Of a DNA stretch of 64,000 nt, positions 13,941 to 28,889 are shown one piece after another (the first letter of the stretch is position 1; every line of letters starts with the position of its first letter). The DNA is from the human T2T-CHM13v2.0 reference genome, Homo sapiens, in NCBI RefSeq assembly GCF_009914755.1, contig NC_060938.1, one strand, 5' to 3'. A model generated the notes under the pieces. The model was given only the letters and a program-made list of their open reading frames with translations. It had not been told where the DNA came from and made no database searches. Both the position numbers and the translations under genes were made by a program.

Positions 13941-15890
13941 CTTGCTCTTCTAACTTCAAATTGGAGGAGGACATTACAGATATTTGTTTTTTCTGAATTT
14001 CAACCAAAATTGAACTATTTTGGTTGTCTTCACTATTGGAGGACATTTTTATCTGCTTATGTTCATCAACAGACTGAAAGAATAAATCCAGCTACCAGTG
14101 TTTAAGTTGTTACAAGAAGGGAGAATGAAGGAAAAGTTCGTATCCGTGGAACCAATGGGCCTTGAAAATAGGATTAAAAGAATTACATCTTTATTAAAAG
14201 AAGTTTTAAAAAGTAGTGCTGCTAATGGTTTCTTCAAGCTATATTTCTCTAACTTTTAAAGGCATGAGTAAACTTCAAAATTTTTTGTCCAAAACGTTGA
14301 TGATTTTAACCATATGCTTTTTATGTACATCCAAAATACCTACCTGCATTTACATTTTTATGTTATGTTTTTTGGTAAGACTTGATTTCCTAAATATCAT
14401 TCCATCCTAGACAGTAAAAACTCTGCTATTCTCATAAGAACTAACATCTGCTGGCTCCAAGGTATCATAAAATTTGCTCAGGTTCCCTGTAGAAAACAGA
14501 ATGAAATCACCAGTCTAACACTTTTTCCTTCAACTTCAATATACTCAGAAGGCTATATTGCTTAGAGTTGCCAACTCTAATTGTGCACATTGGCTTTTAC
14601 TAAGTCAATCCAACATTCAAATTCAGAAACCATTAACAGCAGCACATTTGTTTTTCATAAAGATGCAATTTTTCTAATCCTATTTTCAAGGCCCATTGGT
14701 TCCAGAAATACAAACTTTCCTCCATTCTCACTGGATGAGTGTCATAGCTAAACATCTTCTAGTATGAATATCAATATATCCCATTTGTTGATATTATTCT
14801 ATAAACTAGTTTACTCTCTTTAATACATGTCATTTTATGAGACTTTACATTTTTCATTCAGTATGTTTTACTAAAATCAATGACTAAATTTTGAAAAGTT
14901 AATAAAACAGAATAGAGGTACAATTAATTCAAAGTTACTTTTTGGGTTTCTTCCTGGAAAAAATATTTTTGAGCTGAAATTTCTTGTGTGTGGTTTCTGT
15001 TGCTTGATTTGGAAAATACAAATATTTAAGGGAAAGAATCTGGAAGATTTATTTCTTGGTGACATAACCAGGGGAAAATAGTTTTTAATAGCTTAAGAAA
15101 AAATAATTTGCTTTTCTTGGCTTAGAAAAATTTTAAATGGCATTATTTCTAAAATTCACTTATTACTATAATATACATATTCCACTAGGATAAAAGTCTA
15201 CATAATTAAAATAAGATGATTTACATGGAATTGAAATTACATTTTATTTAATCATCATCTGCATTCTTTTTACTAATTCTTATCCTCAAACATACAATCC
15301 TAAAAATTATTTATGTTGTAAGCACACTGACCTTCTTTGTCTTACATTACTTTTTAAAAATTTAATTATTTACTTATTTGATCTCATATGTATTTGAACT
15401 AAAAAGCTCTGCTCCATATATCTATAAATAGAATATTTACTTCATGAATTAAATATTTTATATATATTTTTTAACTATATAAAGTCTTTCCATATTAATA
15501 TAATAATATGTATTTTTATAAATACATTTTGTTTTGTTTAATCAGTCAGTTATCTAGAGTATCCAGGAAAACTGAAGTCCTCAAAAACTGAAAAAAGCAT
15601 AACATTTTAGATTTGTTTCACAGTGTATTCAAGAAAAGGACTATGTACTTTTCTTACTCTTTTAGATGAAGAAGAACATTCTAAGGTCCCTAACCTTTGC
15701 ACTTTGCTGCTCCGATTGAATGTCAAAGTCGACAAGTGTCAATAATGGAATTTGAATGCTTGTTGGTTTGTCTGTGCAACAGCAGTTCTATCAATGCTCA
15801 GAACGTCTTGGTCTTCCTTTATTTTTTCTTTCAATACATGTTCATCTAGATTTGACCTTCCAAATTGGACTTTTAAAAAATCACTTATTT

Positions 15891-16509
<619 letters not shown>

Positions 16510-18133
16510 TCAAGAAACAAAACAATTTAAATTGTCAGTGAGGAAGATGCATTTAACTTTTTTTCTTTTACCAAACATGTTTTCTTTGCTTTAAAATATA
16601 ATTCTAATTACTATATAATTAAATAACAAAAGATTTTATGTGGTTTTCATTTATGATTTATCGTCTGTGTTCTTCTCAAAAACAAGAAAGCCATTTTTAT
16701 GCATAGAAAATTTTTATCAAAACAACTACCACAAATATCTGTAATGAGCATGATTACTGATATAACATTTCGTTCTATGCTTCCTCACAGCCAAAGCAAG
16801 AGAGGGAAACAATGTGGCTTTTAATTCTCAATATTTGATTTTTAGCAAAAATGTTAGATGAAATTACCACAGATATTCATACTGTATAAGATATAGACAA
16901 ACATTTGATTTAGATTCTGGGCTTCCTGAGGACAAGATTCTTGTTTCTCTTACCTTTATATCCCTTAGCACCAGAATATAGCTAATGTTCATTAATGTAC
17001 TTTTTAAATAAAACCGTTCAACTACAGTTTAAAGATTCAAAACTTGCAAACTTTTTTTTAAGATGGCAGGTTTATTTTATATCCACCCTATACAAAAGCT
17101 CAGGTCACACAAATCAACTGTAAATCAGACAGACATATCCTTGTGAGACTAAGTTAATGAAGTTCAGATAGGTTGCATTCTTGTGATTAGTGTGACTCAG
17201 GATGACTTGCTTGAAATAGCTCCCCTGTCGTAATCTGGGTATAGGACTTTCTTAGGGCTATTACTCTAGCACCTATCCTATAATATTGATTTTACTTGTA
17301 TCCTATACCTGGTAGAACCATTTTGTAATTATCTCTGCATAACCCTCTTCAAGTGTCCCCAGAACAAAGCATTATATCTGGCATAGAGTAGGTACTGATA
17401 TTTGACAATAGTTCAATAATTGTTTACTCCATGAGTCAATGACCGGAACTTAAAATGCCTCCACAAAATGGATAGCATTACTTAATGGCCTAGCTTCCAA
17501 AAAATCAATCACCTCGGCTGGTGTTTTTATTTGAGGAATGACATGTATTGTTCTCTTTCTGATTGAAAAACTAATACATGTTAATTTAGAAAATATGGAA
17601 AACTCAAGTCTAAATTAAAAAGTAAAAATTATCTGTAATCTCCCAATTCAGTATTAATACTAACCTCCTTTATTTTTTCTATGTACAGGCATGTGTGGAC
17701 TCATATTATAAATATTGTTTTGTAATCTGATTTTTAAACGTAATATACCAAAGCATTTTTCCAAAGTCATTAAATATTCTTCCAAAACATCATTTGGGAA
17801 GGCTGCAGAGTGTTTTAGAATATGGTTTGTGACTCCCTGTGGTTGAATATTTACTTTTTTCTTGGTTTTTGCTAGCACACTTAGAAAATTGCAAATAATG
17901 GCACTGCTACTTGGTTAGAAAATATAATCATAAACTGAAACTAAGATTTAGAAATTCAGTTGCAGGAAAAAAATATAAATTAAGACTAACGAATTATGGA
18001 AAGGATTGGCTGTGCTAACAAGGATTATGTCTCAAGACTTAAAATACAGTCATTTACAGATGCAAGAAATTGCAAAGAATTCATAATTATGAAACACATT
18101 AAGATGATATAAAATCTAGAAAATTATTTTTTA

Positions 18134-18497
<364 letters not shown>

Positions 18498-19258
18498 TCA
18501 AGAGAACATCAGTTCAGTTCTGGTGTCAGAAATCAAAACAGTGATGTATGCTATATCTAGAAAGTAAGTGATAGAATATATATGTATATATTTTTACTGT
18601 ATTTTATTATGACAGAAATTAATTAACTTGATGAAATATCACTGTCAAGTGAAATTGTAAAGTGGTATTAGCTTTACTGCATTTAATTTTCCTCCCAACC
18701 ATACTTTTTTCTAGTCCTCCCAACCATAATTTTTTCCAGTCCTTTGTTAATTGGCTGGAAATGTAAGTGCCAATCAAATTAATGCTATAGTACTTTAAAA
18801 ACCATCAGCACATGGTTCAAAAGCAGATGGAATAAAAGGATGTTTAAAACTGATTTGTGAAGCCTAGTAAAATTGTGTTAAATGAAAACTTTCCATTTTA
18901 ACAATCAAATCTAGACTATTGAGTAATGATACAATTGATAAAATAATTTAGTTGCCTAAATTAACATAGTTTAAAAAGTAATTAAACAACACAATTCTAT
19001 TTGGCCTATAGCATTTGCTTGGTTCATCTTCAGATTATGTCTGTCTGATATCTAACAAACCATGTACTTAAGTAGTTAAATTGCTATCTGTGGAACACTT
19101 TAGCAGCCCACAGCTTTGAAACAATCTGGGGAAGACTAGCTTCTTTCGAACGAATGTCTAACACACACACACTCATACACCTGTACTGTATTAGTCAAAC
19201 TAAACCTATAGGCATTATAAAATAGCCTTCTTAGCCTAATCTCAAAAATACAGAATTT

Positions 19259-19600
19259 AGCTGGGCAAGGTGGCTCATACCTGTAATCCCAGCACTTTAG
19301 GAAGTCAAGGTGAAAAGATTGCTTGAGGCTAGGAGTTCCAGACAAACCTGGGCAACACAGCAATATCCTTTCTCTACAAAAAAATAAAAAATTAATTGGG
19401 TGTGGTGGCATGCACCTGTTGTCTTGAACTCCTATGCTCAAGTAATCCTCCCACCTCAAACTCCCAAATAATCTTAGCTGCTATGAAAGTTCAAGGTTAC
19501 ATTTAGCTATGATTGTGCCGCTGCTCTCTAGCATGGGCAACAGAGTGAGACCCTGCCTCTAAAAAAAAAAAAACCAAAAAACAAAAAACAAAAAATCAAA
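19259..19600 (+). mobile_element. AluJ with internal micro-inversion
   Basis: TSD CAAAAATACAGA(A/G)TTTA. Segment 19423-19480 is Alu sequence in reverse orientation. Confidence 0.85.
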
Positions 19601-19991
19601 CAAAAATACAGAGTTTATTTTTTTTAATGTCACAATGGTGAATATGGATGTTATGAACTAAATTGTATCCCTAGCAAAATTGATATGTTGAAACTCTAAC
19701 CCCAGTACCTCAGAATGTGATGACATTTGGAGATAGGGCCTTTGAAGGGGTAATGAAGTTAAAATGAAGCCATTAGTTGTGGGCTCTAATCCAGTCTGAC
19801 TGGTGTCCTTATAAGAGGATTTTAGGGCATACAGAAAGATGTGCACAGAAGGAGGACCATGTGCAAAGACAAGAAGATGGCCATCTGCAATTCAAAGAGA
19901 AAGACTGACAGAAACCAATCCTACCAGCACTTAATCTTGGACTTCCAGCCTCCAGAATTGTGAGAAAATAAACTTTTGTTGCTTAAGCCAC

Positions 19992-20360
19992 TGTTTTTGT
20001 CCATTTTCTGTTGTTATAACTGAATACATGAGACTAGACAATTTATAAAGAAAATAAACTTATTTCTTACACTTCTGGAGGCTACGAAGTCCAAGATTTT
20101 GGTGTGGGAAACTAGTAGAGGCTTCCCTGCTGCTCATAACATGACAGAGGGCATTATGTGGTGAGAGGGCAAGAGCATGTTTCACCTCAGTTCCTGCTTC
20201 CTCATTTTATAAAACTACTAATCCCATCATGAGGACCCCCACTTTAATGACCTTATCTAATCCTAATTACCTCCCCAAGGCCCTACCTCCAATCAACACA
20301 TAAATTTGAGCATTAAGTTTCCAACACATGAAATTTGGGGGACACATTCAAATGATAGCA
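19992..20360 (-). mobile_element. MaLR solo LTR (MSTD/MLT1A-like)
   Basis: TG...CA ends and a 5-bp TSD GCCAC at 19987-19991 and 20361-20365. Confidence 0.8.
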
Positions 20361-20394
20361 GCCACCAGGTCTTTGGCATTTTGTTATGCCAGCC

Positions 20395-22841
20395 TGATAT
20401 GGTTTGGATCTCTTCCCACCCAAATCACATGTTTAATTGTAGTACCCAGTGTTGGAGGTGGGGCCCGGCAGGAGGTGATTGGATCATGGAGGTGGATCTT
20501 TCATGAATGGTTCAGCATCATCCCCTTGGTGGTGGTTGTGATCGAGTTCTCACAAGAGCTGATTGTTTAAAAGTATGGGGCACCTCCCCCAACTCATCCT
20601 CCTGCTCCAGCCATGTGAAGTACTGGCTTTTTCTTTGCCTTCTACCATAATTATCTGTTTCCTGAGGCCTCCGCAGAATCCAAGCAGATGCCAGCATCAT
20701 GCCTGCTGTACATCCCACAGAACTGTAAGCCCATTAAACTTCTTTTCTTTATAAATGACCCAGTCTTAGGTATTTCTTTATAGCAGTGTGAGAATGGACT
20801 AATACAGAAAATTGGTACTGAGGAGTGGGACATTGCTATAAAGATACTTGAAAATGTGGAAGCAGCTTTGGAACTGGGTAATGGGCAGAGATTGGAAGAG
20901 TGTGGAGGAGAGCTCAGAAGTCAGGAAAATGAGGGAAAGTTTGGAACTTCCTAGAGACTTGTTAAATTGTTCTGACCAAAATGCTGATAGTGATATGGAC
21001 AGTGAAGACCAGGCTGAGGAGGTCTCAGATGGAAGTGAAGAACTTATTGGGAACTGGAGTAAAGGTCACTTTCATTAGGCCTTAGCAAAGAGCTTGGTTG
21101 TATTCTGCCCCTGCCCTAGGGATCTGTGGAACTATGAATTTGAGAGTGATGATTTAGTGTATCTGGTGGAAGAAATTTCTAAGCAACAAAGCATTCAAGA
21201 TGTATCCTGGCTGCTTCTAACAACTTATACTAATATGCATAAGCAAATAAATTACCTAAAACTCAAAACATATTTAAAAGGGAAGCAGAAAGTAAAAGCT
21301 TGGAAAATTTGCAGCCTGGTGATGTGGAAAAAAAAAAAAAAAGCCCATTTTCAAGGGAGGAATTCAAGCAGGCTGCAGAAATTTGCATAAGTAGAAAGGA
21401 GTCAAGTGCTGATAGCGAAGACAATGGGAAAAAGGCCTCTGAGGCATTTTAGAGACCTTCAAGGCCTCCCCCTACTCCATCACAGGCCCAGAGGCCTAAG
21501 AGGGAAATAGGTTTTGTGGGTCAGGCCCAGGGCCCTGCCATCTTGAACAGACTTGGGACACTGCTCACTGTGTCCCAGCCACTCCAGCTCCAGCCATAGG
21601 TCAAAGGGGGCCAGGTACAGCTTGGGCTGCTGCTTCAGAGGGTACAAGCCATAAGCCTGGTGGCTTCCACGTGGTGTTAACCTGCAAATATGCAGAGTGC
21701 AAGAGTTGAGGCTAGGGAGCCTTCATCTAGATTTCAGGGGATGTATGGAAAAGCATGACTGTCCAGGCAGAAGCCTGCTGCAGGGGTGGTTCCCTCATGG
21801 AGAACCTCTAGTTGGGCAGTATCAAGGGGAAATGTGGGGCTGAGGGCCCCACACAGAGTTCCCACTGGGGCACTGCCTAGAGGAGCTGTGAGAAGAGGGC
21901 CACCATCCTCTAAAACCCAGAATGGTAGATCCACTGACAGCTTGAGCCATGTCCCTGGAAAAGCCACAAGCAGTCAACACCAGCCCATAAAAGCAGCTGT
22001 CGGGCTGACCCCTGAAAAGCCACAGGAGCAGGGCTGCCCAAGGCCTTGGGAACCCACCCCTTGAACCAGTGGGCTCTGGATGTGAGACATGGAGTCAAAG
22101 GAGATTATTTTGGAGCTTTAAAATTTAATGACTGTCTGATGGGTTTCAGACTTCTGTGGAGCCTGTAGCCCCTTTCTTTTGGCTGATTTCTCCCTTTTGG
22201 AATGGGAATATTTACCCAATGCTTGTACCCCCATTGTATCTTGGGAGTAACTGACTTGTTTTTATTTTACAGGCTCACAGGTGGAAGGGATTAGCCTTGT
22301 CTCAGATGAGACTTTGGACTTTTGATTTAATGTTGAATTAAGAATTTGGGGATTGTTGGGAAGGCATTATTGTATTTTTCAGTGTGAGAAGGACATGAGA
22401 TTTGAGAGGGGCCAGAGGCGGAATGTTATGGTTTGGATCTGTGTTTCCACCCAAATCTCATGTTCTATTGTCATTCCCATTGTTGGAGGCAGAGCCTGGT
22501 GGGAGGTGATTGGATCACGGGGGTGGATCCTTCATGAATGGTTTAGCACCATCCCCTTTGTGCTGTCTCATGATAGAGTTCTAGTGAGATCTTGTTATTT
22601 AAAAGTATGTGGCACCACCCGCCTTTCTCTGTCTTCCTCCTGCTCAGGCCATAGGAGGTGCCACCTCCCCCTTCACCTTCCACCAAGATTGTAAGTTTCC
22701 CAAGGCCTCCCCAGAAGCCAAGCACATGCTGCCTTGCTTCCTGTACAACCTGAAGAACTGTGAGCCAATTAAACCTCTTTTCTTTATAAATTACCCTGTC
22801 TCAGGTATTTCTTTATAGCAGTATGAGAACAAATGAATACA
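20395..22841 (+). mobile_element. Full-length MaLR provirus (MSTA-like LTR-int-LTR)
   Basis: 5' LTR 20395-20806 (TGATATGG...TAATACA). Internal 20807-22423 ends in a polypurine tract. 3' LTR 22424-22841. TSD CAGCC/CAACC. Confidence 0.88.
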
Positions 22842-25802
22842 CAACCCTAGCAAAGGTAGTAGCATATAATGTGTTTGAGTAGAAGGAATATATATGCACA
22901 CAGAGCACAAAACACACCAGTCTATGATCTTGGACCACTAAGCCTGAGATAAAATAGCCCTTTCAGATATTTTTACCATTTCGGTTCCATGAGAAAAGCG
23001 TATGAGGAGAATATATTACTGAAAAATGTCCAAAACTACTAAATTAATAAGGTAGTGCAACCATGAACTTAACTCATAGAAAATTAGGATAATACACCCT
23101 TTTAAATCAATTTTACTGTTTTTCTTTAACAATTACATGTATGAGATCAATCTTGATTAGATGATTGTAATAAAAATGGAATAGAACTTTACTCTTGAGG
23201 AAATTAATACATGTTACGATTTAAATATGCTTTAAATAAAACATAAATAGAAACAATTTTGTGTGGTATTTTATATCTTTTAGAAGGCATACTACTGATA
23301 ATTATTTGTAGGCTTTTAGAGGAAAAAGTGGTGGTCTTAGAGACTATCTTGCCAAATGCTTCATTTTAGAGGTGAAAAAAATGAATGCCCCAAATTGTGT
23401 GAGTTAGTAGAAGAGTTAGGCCCAGAAATGACTCAGCAATGCTTACAACTCTGCTCTGTAATCTGCATTTAGCTCTGCACCCCATTAGTGGAAAAAAATT
23501 TAAGCATATACCTTCTATATATGTGTTTGTATGTTTATTTGTAACTTAATATATACATAATTAATATTATATGATTGGTGTAAAATATATACAAAAGTTG
23601 AAATGTAAAAGGGCATTTACAGGGCTTCCAATTCTGGATATCATGGAATAGATGTATTTCTCCTCATTCCTCCTGCTAAGTATAGCTAAAAACTCTGGAC
23701 ATAATAGAAATACAGGGGACTCTGAAAGGTGAAGAGAAGAAGAAAGACTGACTAGAGATCTTGACACCCAGAGAATAACATAGAAGTGTATTCCCTGTGT
23801 TTTCTTCTTGCCTCATATATCTTAGATGGGTGCTGGAGAACGCTGCAACCTGGAAACACCAACAGATGCAAACAAAGGAGTGCTAAGAAAATCCTGCTTT
23901 CTCTGATTTCTCTAGGACAGGAAGGGGCAGCCAAACAGGCAAAAACTTTGAGAGAGTAACTTCAACCTCACACCATGGAAAAAACTGTGACCCAAAGCCC
24001 CAGAGGGAAGACTATACTTCAACCCTCATCACCCCTCAATAAGAGAAAACCCTCCCTGCCCCAGGCACACACATACAATACCCATCACCCTGCCCCTGGA
24101 GCAGTATCATTGAAAGACTATTAGCCAGTCTGGACTTTGAGTTCTGCCAGGTATCAGCAATCTCCTATCAGTAGAGAGCACTTGGTAAACCCAGACTTTC
24201 AACCCCTCTCAGCCATAATAAGGCATTCCATCCCCTACTACTGAAGTGAAGTCAGCAGAGGCCTAGTGAGGAGCCTGAAATTCCATACCATCCAGCAATG
24301 AATTGCACCTCCCTATTAAAATGGCAATGGAAACTGAGTGGGGAATTGGACTTCCCCCACAACCTGGCAGTAATAAGATTGTACCTGCCATACTCTTCTG
24401 GCACAGTGTCAAGGGAGCCTTGCTAAAACAAAAGATGCAAATAAAACCCTAGTTATCCTAAAATAATATCAAAAATGTCTAGAACACAATCAAAAGTACT
24501 GTCACAACAAGAACGAGGAAATCCTAACATGAATGAGAAAAGATAATCAACAGACACCACTACCTAGATGTCAAAGATGTTGATATTATCCGACAATTAA
24601 TTTAACTCGGACATTATAAAAAGACTTCAATAAACAATTAGAAATATGTTTGAAACAGATGAAAAAATAGACTCAAAAAGAAACAGAAAGCTTTAGCAAA
24701 AAAAAGGAATTTTAGCAAAAAAAAAAAAGAAAATTTCACAACTGAAAAAATAATAACTGAATATCCAGTAAAAATCTCACCAAATTGACTCAACAGACTA
24801 AAAAAGACAAAAGAATCTATGGACTTGAAGATAGAACAATGGAAGTCACCAGTCTGAACAAGAGAAAAACTAGACTGAAACAAACAGACAAAAAAATGGA
24901 CAGAGCTTAAGGTCTCATTGAGATGATAAAAAGGTTTGCCATTCATGATAGTAGAGTCCCACAGAGAAGAAAGAGGGCATATTCAAACAAATAATAGCTA
25001 AAAATTTCTAAAATTTGACAAAAGACATAAACCTACAAATTCAAGTAGTTGAACAAACCATGACAGGATAAACCAAAGACATTCTGTACCAAGTTACATC
25101 AGAATCAAACTTCTGAAAACTAAAGGAAAATATCTTAAAAAGAGTGAGAAAGAAATAACACCTCGCCTGTAGAAGAAAAATAATTCCACTGAAAGTGTGT
25201 TTCTCATGAGAATCCATGAAGGCTAGAAGGAAGCTGCACAATATTGTTCAATGTAGAAGGAAAAAAAAATCTCTCAACCCAAAATTCTATATCCAGTGAA
25301 AATATCCTTTAGGAATAAAGGAAAAATCAAGACATTCTCAGTTGGAAGAAAACTAAACAGAATTTGTTCTCTAGATGACCTACCCTAAAAGAATAGCTAA
25401 AGGAAATTATTGAAACAGAAAATAATAAAAGAAGGGAACTTGGAACATAAATAAGGAAGCAATAACAATAGAAAAAGTAAATACATAGGCAAATACAATA
25501 AACTTTCTGCTCTTGAATTTTTAAAATAAGATTTGATGGTTGAAAGACAATTGTAACATTCTTGTTATGATGTGGTTCTCAATCTATGTAGAGAAAATAG
25601 TTTAGGCAGTTTTGTTATCAACAGGGGAGACAAGGGGACTTAAGGGGAGGTAAGGTTTCTATGCTTTATTCAAATGGATAAAAATTTGTTACCAGAATAC
25701 TATAATAAGTTATATATGTATAATATAAAATCTAAAGCAACCATTAAAAAACTATACAAATATACAATAAAGTATATTACAGGCAAATTAGAATTACTTT
25801 TT

Positions 25803-26083
<281 letters not shown>

Positions 26084-26894
26084 TAGAATTACTTTTTAAA
26101 ATGCTCAAATAACACATAAGAAAGCAGAAAAAAATAGAAAAGGAAAACAGAGGGGATTAACAGAAAGCAAAATATAAAATAGTAGACATTAAGTCCTAAT
26201 ATATTAATAATTACATTAAATATACATGGTCTAAATATATTAATTAAAAGACAGAGATTATCAGAGTGGATTAAAATTATTACCTAATATAGGTTAACTC
26301 TAAGAAATGCATTTCACATATAAAAATATAGGAAAATTGAAAGTAAAGCAATAGAAAAAGAGATACCATGCAAACATTAATGAAAAGAAAAGAGGAATGT
26401 TTATGTTAATATTAGATAAATTCGACTTCAGACTGAAAAAAGTTACCAGGGACAAAGGAGAATATTAAATAACCAATGAAAGGGTCAGCCCACCAAGAAG
26501 ACATAGCAATTGTAATTGTATATGTCCCAAACAGCAGAACTACAAAATAAATGAACAAAAAGAAGAAAAGAATCTGAAAGACACGAAAGAAGAAATAGAC
26601 AAACTCACACTTACAGTTGTAGATGTCAGTATCCCTCTCTTAATAATTAATAGAATAACTAGACAGAAAATCAGCAAGTATATAAAAAAATCAATACCAT
26701 CAACCAACAACATCAAATTCACACTCATAGAACACTAACTTTATCCAACAACAGCAGAATAAACATTCTTTTCAAATATTCATACAGCATTTACCAAGAT
26801 ATATCATATCCTGGGCCATAAAACAAATGTCAACAAACATAAAAGAATTAAACTCATACAATGTATTCTCTGATACGATGAAATCAAACTGTAA

Positions 26895-27264
<370 letters not shown>

Positions 27265-28739
27265 TAAAACAGCACACTTTTAAATAAACAATGAACCCAA
27301 AAGGAAGTCTTGGGGAAATAAATATATTGAATCAAATGAAAATAAAAATATAACATATAAAAATTTGTGGGATGCAGCTAAAGGAATGGTGAGAGGGAAA
27401 TTTATTGCACTAAAGGCATATATTAGAGAAAAGAGAAATATCAAATCAATAATCTAAGATTCCACATCAAAAAACAAGAGGAAAATAAACCCAAAGCAAG
27501 CAGAAGGAAAGAAATAATAAAGAGCAGAAAGTAAAGTTGAAAATAAAAAGTAGAGAAAATCAATGAAATAAAAATGGGCTCTTTTAAAAGTTCAATAAAA
27601 TTGACAAACCTCTCGCAAGGATGACAAAGAAAAAGAGAAAAGACACAAATTTTTGATATCAGGAATGAAGCAAGGAATATCACTACAGACCCTGAAGATG
27701 CCAAAATGATAATAAGAAGACACCATAAAGAGCTCTATAAATATAAATTTGACAACTCAGATGAAAAGGAGCAATTTTTTGAAAAGCACATATACCCCAA
27801 CTTACCCAATATAAACTATGTAACTGAATAGCCCTATAACTACTAAGGACATTAAATCTATAATTTAATAACATTCTTAGACATGACACCAAAAGCATGA
27901 TTCATAACAGTAAATACAACCTCATAAAATTAAAAGTGTTATTAAGGAAAATACCTTGCTAAACAAGGATGGAAAGACAAATTATAGCCTGGGAAAAAAC
28001 ATTGACAAACCACATCTCTGATAAAGGACACAAATATAGAACACAATTTTCTTTTTAGAAAAAAAAAAAACTCTTAAATTTAACAGTAAAGAACCAATCC
28101 AATAAGGAAATGGGCAACCAGACATGAAAAGATATCTCCTAAAATGAATAAATAGGTGGCAAAGAAACACGTGAAAGATGTTTCAACATCACTAGCGATT
28201 AGAACATGCAAATAAAGAACAGAATGAGTTATCACTACACAACGATCAGAATGGCTATAACAAAAAATTAGTGACAAATGCTAGCAAGGATGGTGGAAAT
28301 GTAAAATGCCACATTCACTCTGGAAAATATTTTGGTAGTATCTTTAAAAAAACTAAATACATATTTACCATTCAACCCAGCAAACTTCTGCCTGGACACT
28401 TATCCCCCAAAAATGAGAACATACATGAATGTCCATAGCAACTTTATTTTAATAGACCCAAATTAAAAACAATTCTAATTTCCTTCAATAGGTGGACAGC
28501 TAAACAGACTCTGGTAAATCTGTACCATGTAATACTATTCATTAATAAAAAGCAACAAGTTATTAATACATGCAGCAAATTTCTGAGTTTGTTAACATAT
28601 TTTTCAACATGAGAAACTTGGTTCCCATCACTCTCAATATTTTTACTTATTTGCTCAGTTTACTTACTCTTTCAACGTAACCAATCTCTTAGCAAGACTG
28701 GCTGTGTCCTTCACTTCTGTTTCCGAAAGTGCCACCAGA

Positions 28740-28880
28740 AGAACTTTCTTCTGCAATTCTTCTAGAGAAGTTTTGCTAGCTACATTTGAATTATCTTAGT
28801 CTTCTTTCACCTGAGACTGTTTTAATTTTACCTTAATTCCCAACGAGTATTTTCACTAGATATAGGATTCTAGCTTGACA
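28740..28880 (-). mobile_element. Ancient L1M ORF1 fragment, antisense
   Basis: gtattttcactagatataggattctagcttgacag is the reverse complement of the L1 ORF1 3' motif. Confidence 0.5.
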
Positions 28881-28889
28881 GGTGAGACA

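Larger units (their letters stand above)
19649..22854 (+). mobile_element. MLT1B-like MaLR solo LTR split into three pieces (19649-19991, 20361-20394, ~22842-22854)
   Basis: tgttatgaactaaattgt...cctcagaatgtga...ttggacttccagcctccagaattgtgag...aagccac | caggtct..ttgttatgccagcc | ctagcaaa. Confidence 0.75.

Noticed and set aside
18690-18739. 25-bp tandem duplication (similar ones at 13464-13502, 40330-40359, 60314-60357)
   Set aside because: Ordinary slippage duplications with only two copies; not CRISPR-like.
20848-22098. Short ORFs in the MST internal region
   Set aside because: Fragmented remnants of the MaLR internal sequence.
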